From contig JBAZTS010000005.1 of assembly GCA_041661795.1 (NCBI GenBank), positions 768 through 64,767 of the forward strand: a stretch of 64,000 nucleotides of DNA, read 5' to 3'. The position numbers and the translations under genes are program-made. Numbering within the stretch: the stretch's first letter is position 1; each line of letters starts with the position of its first letter. The notes under the pieces are model-generated. The model saw only the letters and a list, made by a program, of their open reading frames with translations. It ran no database searches and was not told the origin of the DNA. The DNA is from Minisyncoccota bacterium. Its GTDB lineage: Bacteria > Patescibacteriota > Minisyncoccia > UBA6257 > JAGOQP01. This document shows, piece by piece, positions 49,807 to 58,379 of this stretch.

Positions 49807-52263
49807 ATGTTAAAATATACAAAAGATTTGTCTTTAATAACTATAAAGAATGTCCCAGAGGTGGGGGGTAAAAATGCCTCTTTGGGAGAAATGATAAGAA
49901 CTTTAACTCCAAAAGGAATAAGCGTTCCCGGTGGATTTGCTACGACAGCAAAGGCATTCCGATACTTCTTAAAAAAATCAAAGATTGGAAAGGTGAGTTT
50001 GGAAAAATTTATAAAGGACGCGCTAAAAGATTTAAACACTCATAATTTAAGACAATTACAGGCCAAGGGAAAAATTATCAGAGAGGCAGTAAGATCAGCT
50101 CAGATTCCCAAAGATTTGGAAAAAGAAGTGAGGAGGGGATATCAGATAATGGAAAAAAAGTACGGCAAAAATGTTGACGTAGCCGTGCGCTCGTCCGCTA
50201 CGGCGGAGGACTTACCCGGAGCTTCTTTTGCCGGACAGCAGGAGACATATTTAAATATCCGAGGTGAAGATGATTTAATAATGGCGCTAAGAAGATGTTT
50301 TGCTTCTCTTTTTACCGACAGAGCCATATCTTACAGGCAAGATAAGGGATTTGGGCATTTTAAAATTGCTTTATCGGCCGGAATTCAAAAAATGGTTCGT
50401 TCGGACAGAGCTTCATCCGGGGTCATGTTTACTTTGGATACCGAATCGGGATTTAAGGATGTAGTTTTAATAAACGGTTCTTGGGGGCTTGGAGAAATGA
50501 TCGTACAAGGAGAAGTTATTCCAGATGAGTTTTTGGTTTATAAGAAGTTTTTATCCGATGATAAATTGACGCCAATTATAGGAAAAACTTTAGGTAAAAA
50601 AGACAGAAAAATGATTTATTCTTCTGGAGCAAAACCGACTAAAATTGTTTTTACAAACGAAAATGAAAGAAATAAGTTTACTCTAAGAGATGATGAAATC
50701 TTAAAATTGGCAAGATGGGGAGCTGAAATTGAAAAGCACTATACCCAAAAACATAAAAAGTGGACTCCTATGGATATTGAATGGGCTAAAGACGGAGTGT
50801 CAGGAGAGCTTTTTATAGTTCAGGCAAGGCCAGAAACAGTCCAGGCACAAAAAGATTTTTCAGTTATTCGGGAATACAAGCTACAAACTTCAAGTTCCAA
50901 GCTTCGCGTCTTAGTCAGCGGAGCTTCTGTTGGAAGTAAAATAGCATCTGGAAAAGCCAGAGTGATTTTGGATGTAAAGGGAATCCACGGATTTAAAAAA
51001 GGGGAGGTTTTAGTGACTGATATGACCGACCCGGATTGGGAGCCAATAATGAAAATTGCTTCGGCTATTGTTACTGATAAAGGCGGAAGAACTTCTCACG
51101 CGGCTATAGTTTCAAGAGAGCTTGGAATACCTTGTATAGTTGGGTCTCTTAGTGCCAGTAGAAAAATAAAAACGGGACAGATGATAACTATAGATACTAC
51201 TGGAAGTGAGGGATATGTTTATGATGGTCAGGTTAAATTTGAGGTAAAAGAACAAAGCATAAAGAAATTGCCTAAAGTTAAAACTAAAATAATGGTAAAC
51301 ATTGGAACTCCAGAAATTGCTTTTGAAAAATCATTTTTACCGGTTTCCGGGGTGGGACTTGCCAGAGAAGAATTTATCTTGGCTTCAAGTATCGGTATTC
51401 ATCCAATGGCTCTTGTTGATTTTAATAAGTTGAAAGTTGAAAGTAAAAAAGATAAAAATAAAGAAAGAATTGTAAGAGAAATAGATAAAAAAACTCTTGG
51501 GTATAAAGACAAGACAAAATTTTTTGTTGATAATTTGGCTTATGGAATCGCTAAAATTGCCGCCGCATTTTATCCACGAGAAGTGATTGTTAGATTTTCT
51601 GACTTTAAAACAAACGAATATAGACAACTTATTGGAGGGGATATTTATGAACCCTTGGAGGAAAATCCAATGATTGGCTGGAGAGGAGCGTCGCGTTATT
51701 ATCATCCTGATTTTGAAAAGGCCTTTGCTTTAGAAGTTAAGGCGATGAAAAGAGTTAGGGAACAGATGGGGCTTTCTAATGTAAATGTGATGATTCCTGT
51801 TTGTAGAACCGTTGATGAAGGTAAAAGGGTTTTAGCTCTGATGAAAAAGTATGGACTTACAAGGAAATCCTCCTTCGCTAAAGCTACGAAGGATGACAAA
51901 AATCTAAAGATTTTTGTCATGTGCGAACTTCCGGCTAACGTCATTTTGGCTGATGAGTTTTTGGACATTTTTGATGGAATGAGTATCGGCTCAAACGATT
52001 TAACCCAAATGACGTTGGGAATAGATAGAGATGGAAATGAAAAAATAAGAAGCATTGCTAATGAAAATAATGAAGCAATAAAAAAACTTATTTCCCAAGT
52101 TATCAAAAGATGTAATGCCAGAAAGAAATATATCGGAATTTGCGGAGATGCTCCTTCAACATTTCCCGAATTTGCCAGATTTTTGGCAAAAGAAGGGATA
52201 GGCAGTATGTCTCTTAGCCCGGACGCGGTAATAAAAACGATATTAGAACTATCCAAGAAATGA
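49807..52263 (+). CDS. ppsA: Phosphoenolpyruvate synthase
   Basis: VGGKNASLGEM, GGRTSHAAIVSRE, SIGSNDLTQ. Confidence 0.97.
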   Translation: MLKYTKDLSLITIKNVPEVGGKNASLGEMIRTLTPKGISVPGGFATTAKAFRYFLKKSKIGKVSLEKFIKDALKDLNTHNLRQLQAKGKIIREAVRSAQIPKDLEKEVRRGYQIMEKKYGKNVDVAVRSSATAEDLPGASFAGQQETYLNIRGEDDLIMALRRCFASLFTDRAISYRQDKGFGHFKIALSAGIQKMVRSDRASSGVMFTLDTESGFKDVVLINGSWGLGEMIVQGEVIPDEFLVYKKFLSDDKLTPIIGKTLGKKDRKMIYSSGAKPTKIVFTNENERNKFTLRDDEILKLARWGAEIEKHYTQKHKKWTPMDIEWAKDGVSGELFIVQARPETVQAQKDFSVIREYKLQTSSSKLRVLVSGASVGSKIASGKARVILDVKGIHGFKKGEVLVTDMTDPDWEPIMKIASAIVTDKGGRTSHAAIVSRELGIPCIVGSLSASRKIKTGQMITIDTTGSEGYVYDGQVKFEVKEQSIKKLPKVKTKIMVNIGTPEIAFEKSFLPVSGVGLAREEFILASSIGIHPMALVDFNKLKVESKKDKNKERIVREIDKKTLGYKDKTKFFVDNLAYGIAKIAAAFYPREVIVRFSDFKTNEYRQLIGGDIYEPLEENPMIGWRGASRYYHPDFEKAFALEVKAMKRVREQMGLSNVNVMIPVCRTVDEGKRVLALMKKYGLTRKSSFAKATKDDKNLKIFVMCELPANVILADEFLDIFDGMSIGSNDLTQMTLGIDRDGNEKIRSIANENNEAIKKLISQVIKRCNARKKYIGICGDAPSTFPEFARFLAKEGIGSMSLSPDAVIKTILELSKK
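51871..51893. repeat. REP-like palindrome inside ppsA
   Basis: tccttcg-ctaaagcta-cgaagga, encodes SFAKATKD. Confidence 0.7.
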
Positions 52264-53471
52264 AAGCCAAGGATATTAACGTAAAGATAATTTTGGATTC
52301 TCGCGGAGAGCCGACTTTAGAAGCCGAGTTTTTTGGTGAGAATTTCAGCGTTTTTTCCAGTGTTCCGGCCGGGAAAAGTAAAGGAAGTCATGAAATGGTT
52401 TCTTTGGAGCCGGAAATGTGTTTGGAGAAATTTCCTTCCATAAAAACACAGATTCTTGAAAAAGATTTTTCTGGGCAAAAAGAATTTGACGATTTTCTTA
52501 TATTTCTTGATGGAACTAAAGACAAATCAAATTTAGGGGGAAACTTGATTTTGGTATTGTCGTTGGTCTTTGCCAGAGCATTTGCTCGTTCTCAAAATGT
52601 GGAATTGTATAAATATATTAGCGCATTGCTATCTACCAGCTACCAACTACCAGCTACTAATTTCCCTTTGCCTATCTTCAACATCATTAATGGCGGAGCC
52701 CATGCCAAAATAAAATCATTGGAATTTCAGGAGTTTCAGATCATTCCTTCAACTAAAGATTACGCTATTGGGTTAAGCGTGGCCCAGGAATTTTATAAAA
52801 AACTAGGAAGATTTCTGGAGGAAAAATTTGGAAAAGAAAAAGTTTTATTGGGAGATGAGGCGGGTTTTTCTTGTCCCTTTAATTCAAACGAAGAAGCTTT
52901 AGATACAATTTACGAATTAATTCAAAAAAATAAATATCCTCTTAATATCGGAATGGATATTGCCGCATCCCAGTTTTTTGTAAAAGAAAGATATCTTGCC
53001 AACGGAAAAGAATATTCTCCTCAAGAAATGGCCGGATTTTATAAAGATATTATCAATAGGTATGGGATAATTTCTATTGAAGACCCGTTCTATGAGGAAT
53101 CATTTGGAGTTTTTACTGCTTTAACAAGTGAAGTTGGCGGTTCTGTTCTAGTGATAACCGATGACTTAACGGCCACCAATAAAGAACGACTCCAAAAAGC
53201 CATAGAAGAAAAGTCGGGAAATGCCATTTTAATAAAACTTAATCAGATAGGAACGCTATCGGAAACTTTGGAAGTTGTCGCTTTGGCTTATCAAAACAAT
53301 TGGAAATGTGTGGTTAGCCACAGAAGTGGGGAGACGATGGATGATTTTATAGCTGATTTGGCTGTGGGAATTGGCGCTTGGGGAATAAAAGCCGGAGCTC
53401 CGGCTAAACCCGAAAGAATGGCAAAATATAATAGGCTATTGGAAATCCAACAAAAAGGGTTGAAAATGTAA
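52260..53471 (+). CDS. eno: Enolase
   Basis: DSRGEPT, NIINGGAHA, GDEAGF, SHRSGET, ERMAKYNRLL. Confidence 0.95.
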   Translation: MKAKDINVKIILDSRGEPTLEAEFFGENFSVFSSVPAGKSKGSHEMVSLEPEMCLEKFPSIKTQILEKDFSGQKEFDDFLIFLDGTKDKSNLGGNLILVLSLVFARAFARSQNVELYKYISALLSTSYQLPATNFPLPIFNIINGGAHAKIKSLEFQEFQIIPSTKDYAIGLSVAQEFYKKLGRFLEEKFGKEKVLLGDEAGFSCPFNSNEEALDTIYELIQKNKYPLNIGMDIAASQFFVKERYLANGKEYSPQEMAGFYKDIINRYGIISIEDPFYEESFGVFTALTSEVGGSVLVITDDLTATNKERLQKAIEEKSGNAILIKLNQIGTLSETLEVVALAYQNNWKCVVSHRSGETMDDFIADLAVGIGAWGIKAGAPAKPERMAKYNRLLEIQQKGLKM

Positions 53472-53495
53472 AGTTTGTAAAGTATATTTTTTTCT

Positions 53496-53807
53496 ATGTC
53501 ACAGATAAACGAAGAAGTATTAAAACATCTTTTCAAACTGGCCCGGATAGAGGAAGAACAATCGCCACAAAGAAGGGAAAAACTCTTAAAAGATTTGTCC
53601 AAAATATTGGATTATTTTAATGAGCTTAACGAGGTTGATACTTCAAACGTAGAACCTATGTCTGGTGGAACTTTTTTATCTGATGTTTTTAGAGAAGACG
53701 GGCAAAAGTCGGTTGATGATGATGCGCGAGGAAAACAGAGAAAAGAATCGGTGGAACAATTTCCCAAAAAAGAGGGCGATTATTTAAAAATTCCTCCGGT
53801 ATTCTAA
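53496..53807 (+). CDS. gatC: Asp/Glu-tRNA amidotransferase subunit C
   Basis: LARI...ILDYFNELNEVDTSNVEP...FRED; precedes gatA. Confidence 0.92.
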   Translation: MSQINEEVLKHLFKLARIEEEQSPQRREKLLKDLSKILDYFNELNEVDTSNVEPMSGGTFLSDVFREDGQKSVDDDARGKQRKESVEQFPKKEGDYLKIPPVF

Positions 53808-53860
53808 TAAGTAGCTGGTATCTGGTAGTTTGTATTTGGTATGAAGAAACAAAAATAATT

Positions 53861-55339
53861 ATGAAGGAGCTCTTTAGTAGAAAATTTGGAATTAAAGAAT
53901 ATCACCAGGGACTTTTGGATAAAGAGTTTTCCGTAACCGAAGCCATTTCGGAGTTTTTTGGTTTTATAAAAAAAGAAGATGAAAATATCGGAGCTTTTTT
54001 GAAAGTTATGGAAGAGGATGGAATTTCAAAGGCCAAAGAACTTGATAAGAAATTATCTTCCGATAATCAGATTTCAGAAATGTTTGGAGTGCCTATGGCT
54101 ATAAAAGACAATATTTTAATAGATGGATTTCAAGCCACCGCCGCTTCAAAAATTTTGGAAAATTATGTGGCTTCTTATGATGCTACGGTTATAAAGAATT
54201 TGAAAAATAGCGACGCTGTTTTCTTGGGAAAAACCAATCTGGATGAATTTGCCATGGGGGCATCAACCGAATATTCGGCTTTTAAACAAACCAGAAATCC
54301 TTTGGATTTATCAAAGGTTCCCGGGGGTTCTTCTGGGGGTTCGGCTGCGGCTGTGGCGGCTAATATGACTTTGGGGGCTTTGGGGTCCGACACTGGGGGA
54401 TCCATAAGACAACCGGCTGGATTTTGCGGAGTCGTTGGACTAAAGCCGACATACGGAGCTGTTTCAAGATATGGAGTCATTTCCTTGGCTTCAAGCTTGG
54501 ATCAGGTTGGGCCTTTTGCTAAAAGCGTTGCCGATGCCGCTTTGATTTTCAAAACCATAGCCGGTCAGGATAATTTTGATTCAACTTCCAATAAAATTAA
54601 TTGGTCGTCTGTTGATGAATATAAAAAAGAAGATGTTAAAAAACTTAAAATTGGAGTACCTAAAGAATATTTTGTTAAGGGTATGAACCCAAAAGTAGAG
54701 AAAGCAATTTGGGATGTTGTGGAGAAATTTAAAAAAGATGGATTTGATGTTAGAGAAGTATCTTTACCAAACAGCAAACACGCTATTTCTTGTTATTATA
54801 TAATCTTGCCAGCCGAGGCCAGCGCCAATTTGGCCAGGTATGATGGAATAAGATATTCGGATGTTAAGGAGTTAAAAGGAAAAGAATTGGGGCTTTTGGA
54901 TTATTATTTAAAACAAAGAGGACTTGGAATCGGAGACGAACCAACAAGAAGAATTCTTCTTGGAACGTTTGTTTTATCTTCTGGGTATTATGACGCTTAC
55001 TATTCTAAAGCCCAAAAAGTAAGAAGGTTAATATTTGAAGATTTTGCGAAAGTTTTTGACGACAAGAATGACGGAGTTGATGTAATCATAACTCCGGTTT
55101 CTCCATCAACCGCTTTTGGAATAGGGGAGAAGAAAGATGATCCGCTCTCAATGTATCTTGAAGATGTGTTTACTTTGCCTATAAATCTATCAGGGCTTTG
55201 CGGACTTTCTTTGCCGGTAGAAAATCCGGAAACATTTAGTAAAGAAAATATGCCAATAAACTTCCAGATTGTAGGACGTCATTTTGAAGAGAAGAATATT
55301 TTAGGACTAGGAAGATATTATGAAGAGGAATTAAAATAA
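53861..55339 (+). CDS. gatA: Asp/Glu-tRNA amidotransferase subunit A
   Basis: GKTNLDEFAMG, PGGSSGGSAAA, GSDTGGSIRQP. Confidence 0.97.
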   Translation: MKELFSRKFGIKEYHQGLLDKEFSVTEAISEFFGFIKKEDENIGAFLKVMEEDGISKAKELDKKLSSDNQISEMFGVPMAIKDNILIDGFQATAASKILENYVASYDATVIKNLKNSDAVFLGKTNLDEFAMGASTEYSAFKQTRNPLDLSKVPGGSSGGSAAAVAANMTLGALGSDTGGSIRQPAGFCGVVGLKPTYGAVSRYGVISLASSLDQVGPFAKSVADAALIFKTIAGQDNFDSTSNKINWSSVDEYKKEDVKKLKIGVPKEYFVKGMNPKVEKAIWDVVEKFKKDGFDVREVSLPNSKHAISCYYIILPAEASANLARYDGIRYSDVKELKGKELGLLDYYLKQRGLGIGDEPTRRILLGTFVLSSGYYDAYYSKAQKVRRLIFEDFAKVFDDKNDGVDVIITPVSPSTAFGIGEKKDDPLSMYLEDVFTLPINLSGLCGLSLPVENPETFSKENMPINFQIVGRHFEEKNILGLGRYYEEELK

Positions 55340-55360
55340 CGGCTTGTAGCCGTTATTTTA
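55332..55360. terminator. Bidirectional terminator (gatA / tRNA-Asp)
   Basis: taaaataacggct-tgt-agccgttatttta. Confidence 0.8.
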
Positions 55361-55366
55361 ATTGTG

Positions 55367-55441
55367 CGGACCGAACGGGATTTGAACCCGTGATCTTCTC
55401 CTTGACAAGGAGACATGTTAACCAGGCTACACCATCGGTCC
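55367..55441 (-). tRNA. tRNA-Asp(GTC)
   Basis: Reverse complement folds to a cloverleaf; tctcc-ttgtcaa-ggaga; GTTCAAATC. Confidence 0.95.
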
Positions 55442-55547
55442 ATAACAAAAACAGTTTACCAATTTTTTGAGATAAATCAATATCAAAATAACCCTATTCA
55501 TCCCACCAAATAAAAATTACCCATAAACGAGTAATTTTTATTACATG

Positions 55548-55619
55548 TTGCGGGAGCCGGAATTGCACCGGCGATCTCAAGGTTATGGGCCTTGCGAGAT
55601 ACTACTTCTCCATCCCGCG
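55548..55619 (-). tRNA. tRNA-Met(CAT), initiator-like with non-canonical loops
   Basis: C1:A72 mismatch; caagg-cccataa-ccttg; T-loop TGCAATT. Confidence 0.85.
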
Positions 55620-55702
55620 ATAATAGTTTTGTGATTATATCAGCAAATATCAGGCATTTCAATACTTGATACTTTTGAGTTTTGATTTTATACTCTTTTT
55701 AT

Positions 55703-55774
55703 GCCGACGTAGCTCAATGGTGGAGCAGGGCTTTCATAAGGCCAAGGTTACAGGTTCGACTCCTGTCGTCGGTA
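55703..55774 (+). tRNA. tRNA(CAT), probably elongator Met (Ile2 not excluded)
   Basis: gccgacg/cgtcggt acceptor stem; ttcataa loop; GTTCGACTC. Confidence 0.88.
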
Positions 55775-55870
55775 CTAGTAACTTTATTCATTTATTATCG
55801 TTTTTATACTTAACGGGACATCCTTTAAATAGCTCGTTTATTAGCGAGCTTCCTGTTGTTTTGCAAAAAT

Positions 55871-57670
55871 ATGTCATCCACCGTAAAAATATCAAAAAAC
55901 AAGTTCTCTAAAAAAGTATTTTTTGAGGGACTTAAAATAGTTTTACAGGAAATAAAACCCCACAAAAAGATGGTATTTTTTTTGGTTGCCCTGAGTATGG
56001 TTGGAGCGACTCTTGAAGCGTTTGTTCCTTTAATGGCGGGAAAAATTTTTGACGCTATAATTAAAATTTCCCAAAGTCCGGTTCTGGCCCTAACTTCCAT
56101 ATTTATAATTATCGCCGGTTGGTTTGTTTTAAGATTTTTAAGCGATACCATTAGTTGGAGAATAAATCACGACAACCAAAAATTAGCCGTTACTCTTGAG
56201 GCCGAATATATGGCCAATGGTTTTGGAAAACTTTTTGAACTCCCTATCGCTGTTCATAAAGACAAAAAACACGGCGAAATAGGGGACAGAATCATGAGAG
56301 CGGCCGGAAAATTATCTGAAATAATTAACAGGGTCTCCATTAACCTTCTTCCTAGTTTTCTTAGTATAATTGTGGCTTTGGTGATAACTTCCTTTATCAA
56401 CTGGCAATTGACGGTAATTTTATTGACGGCGATTATTTTGTATGCAGGAGTTTTAGTAAAATCGGTTCCTTCTTTGGCTGACGTGCAGTCCAAAATGCAC
56501 AAGGCCTACAACCGGGCTTTTGGCAAGGCCTGGGATTCTCTGGAAAATATTCAGGAAATAAAACAAGTGGCTACAGAAAAATACGAACAAAATAGGATAA
56601 GAGAAAATTTTCTGGGTAAAGCCGCTCCTTTGTGGGTTAGGATGATGAATATTTTTATGAAATTGAATTTTTTCCAGCGGTTTCTTATCTCTACATCACA
56701 ACTCTTGATTTTTATTGTTTCGGTATTTTTTGTAAGAAACGGAATGATTACTCCGGGACAATTAGTGGCCTTTAATGGATACGCGGCTATGATATTTGGA
56801 CCGTTTGTTATTTTAGGGCAGAACTGGCAAATAATTCAAAACGGATTTATAGCTCTGATAAGATCCAAAAGAATTCTTGAACTGACTAAGGAAAATTATG
56901 CTCCCGACAAATCAACTCCTTTTAAAAAAATAGAAGGGAATGTTTCATTTGAAAAAGTTTCCTTTGCTTATAAATCTTTGGAAAACAAAATTCTAAAAGA
57001 TGTATCGTTTAATGTTCTACCCGGAGAGAGAATAGCTATTGTCGGTGAATCTGGGGTGGGTAAAACTACTCTGATTAATCTTCTTTTGGGATTGTATTTT
57101 GCTCAGAAAGGAAAAATTTCTGTGGACGGACAAGACATCAGAAAAGTAGATTTAAAATCTTATCGTTCCAGAATAGGAGTGGTTTCCCAGGAGCCGACTC
57201 TTTTTAACGATACCATAGAGGGCAATATCAAATACGGAAATTTTATAAAACCTTTAAAAGAAATAATTGAGGCCGCCAAAGAAGCTCATGCTGATGAATT
57301 TATAGAAAAGTTTTCCAAGAAATACAAACAGATGGTCGGTTGGAAGGGGATAAAACTTTCTATCGGTCAAAAACAAAGAATAGCTTTAGCCAGAGCTTTT
57401 TTAAGAAATCCTGACATTCTGATTTTAGACGAGCCAACATCGGCTTTGGATGCCAGATCAGAACAGTTGATAAAGGAGTCATTGGAAAAATTAATGAAAG
57501 GAAGAACTACGTTTATTATCGCTCATCGCCTGAGCACAATAAGAGAAGCGGATAAAATATTGGTTTTTGAAGGAGGAAAATTGGTTGAGAACGGCAAGCA
57601 CGATGATTTGCTAAAAATTGATGACGGTGTTTACAAAAAATTCTACGAATTACAGAATAAATCCAGTTAA
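55871..57670 (+). CDS. ABC exporter, fused TMD-NBD (MsbA/MdlB-like)
   Basis: TM domain; GESGVGKTT; LSIGQKQR; ILDEPTSALD; IAHRLSTI. Confidence 0.93.
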   Translation: MSSTVKISKNKFSKKVFFEGLKIVLQEIKPHKKMVFFLVALSMVGATLEAFVPLMAGKIFDAIIKISQSPVLALTSIFIIIAGWFVLRFLSDTISWRINHDNQKLAVTLEAEYMANGFGKLFELPIAVHKDKKHGEIGDRIMRAAGKLSEIINRVSINLLPSFLSIIVALVITSFINWQLTVILLTAIILYAGVLVKSVPSLADVQSKMHKAYNRAFGKAWDSLENIQEIKQVATEKYEQNRIRENFLGKAAPLWVRMMNIFMKLNFFQRFLISTSQLLIFIVSVFFVRNGMITPGQLVAFNGYAAMIFGPFVILGQNWQIIQNGFIALIRSKRILELTKENYAPDKSTPFKKIEGNVSFEKVSFAYKSLENKILKDVSFNVLPGERIAIVGESGVGKTTLINLLLGLYFAQKGKISVDGQDIRKVDLKSYRSRIGVVSQEPTLFNDTIEGNIKYGNFIKPLKEIIEAAKEAHADEFIEKFSKKYKQMVGWKGIKLSIGQKQRIALARAFLRNPDILILDEPTSALDARSEQLIKESLEKLMKGRTTFIIAHRLSTIREADKILVFEGGKLVENGKHDDLLKIDDGVYKKFYELQNKSS

Positions 57671-57685
57671 ATTTGGACTCTTAAG

Positions 57686-57694
57686 TTATCCACA
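57686..57694 (+). promoter_or_regulatory. Consensus DnaA box
   Basis: TTATCCACA; degenerate inverted copy at 57702-57710. Confidence 0.45.
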
Positions 57695-57841
57695 GGGGGG
57701 TTGTGGAACATTGAAATATATGGTTTAATGACATTAATACTGAATTTTGTGAGTGGCTGTCAATCCTTGACTTTTGTCTAGTACTATGCTATAATGGCAG
57801 TATTAGAAGTAAAAGGCCGCAGATTTAAGAATTCAAAAAAT

Positions 57842-58102
57842 ATGAAAAAGTTATCAATGTTGGTAGGGATTATGACTGTTTTGGGCATTATGTCTATAGC
57901 GATCGCTCAAGCCAGACCTGTTTCCAGACAGCCAAGATTTATTGATCTCAGGCCTTCTCAAAAGCTTTGTCTGGCGGTTATGACTCCAGCTGTCAACGTG
58001 AGAACGGGAGAATGTAAAACATTTAGTAATTCATGTATTCCGGATGGATGGGTAAGAGCAGATTTTTCCAGTAGGTGCTCATATCCTGAATCTGATAGAT
58101 AA
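57842..58102 (+). CDS. Small secreted Cys-containing protein
   Basis: Signal MKKLSML...AIAQA; CLAVMTPA...GECKTFSNSCIPDGW. Confidence 0.75.
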   Translation: MKKLSMLVGIMTVLGIMSIAIAQARPVSRQPRFIDLRPSQKLCLAVMTPAVNVRTGECKTFSNSCIPDGWVRADFSSRCSYPESDR

Positions 58103-58108
58103 AACAAA

Positions 58109-58141
58109 AACAAAAAAGCGACCTTGGGTCGCTTTTTTGTT
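58109..58141 (+). terminator. Intrinsic terminator
   Basis: aacaaaaaagcgacc-ttg-ggtcgcttttttgtt. Confidence 0.85.
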
Positions 58142-58208
58142 GCTGGTTTTTATGGAAACAGTGATATAAAATGCTGTTATTTGGGGTATTGTAAAAAAAC
58201 TACGAGTA

Positions 58209-58295
58209 TGGTATAATTGATTCAGAAACTGGGAGATTGGCTTCCAGTAGGCCCTTTTTCGCTAACGCGAAAAAGAGGTTAACTGTTCTTTAACA
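58209..58295 (+). promoter_or_regulatory. Leader motif copy A: extended -10, ATTGG-loop hairpin, boxA-like sequence
   Basis: TGGTATAAT; actgggag-attgg-cttccagt; TGTTCTTTAACA at 58284-58295. Confidence 0.65.
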
Positions 58296-58322
58296 TACCT
58301 AACTACAAACGACGAAAGTCGA

Positions 58323-58368
58323 GCGAGACGAAATCCGCCTACGCTTGAGAAAGCTACGGCGAGACGAA
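58323..58368. repeat. REP-like palindrome flanked by a 10-bp direct repeat
   Basis: gcgagacgaa at 58323 and 58359 around ccgcctacgcttgagaaagctacggcg. Confidence 0.65.
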
Positions 58369-58379
58369 GGGAGGCGGTC

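Noticed and set aside
55666-55911. 81-aa ORF
   Set aside because: Reads through the tRNA(CAT) gene
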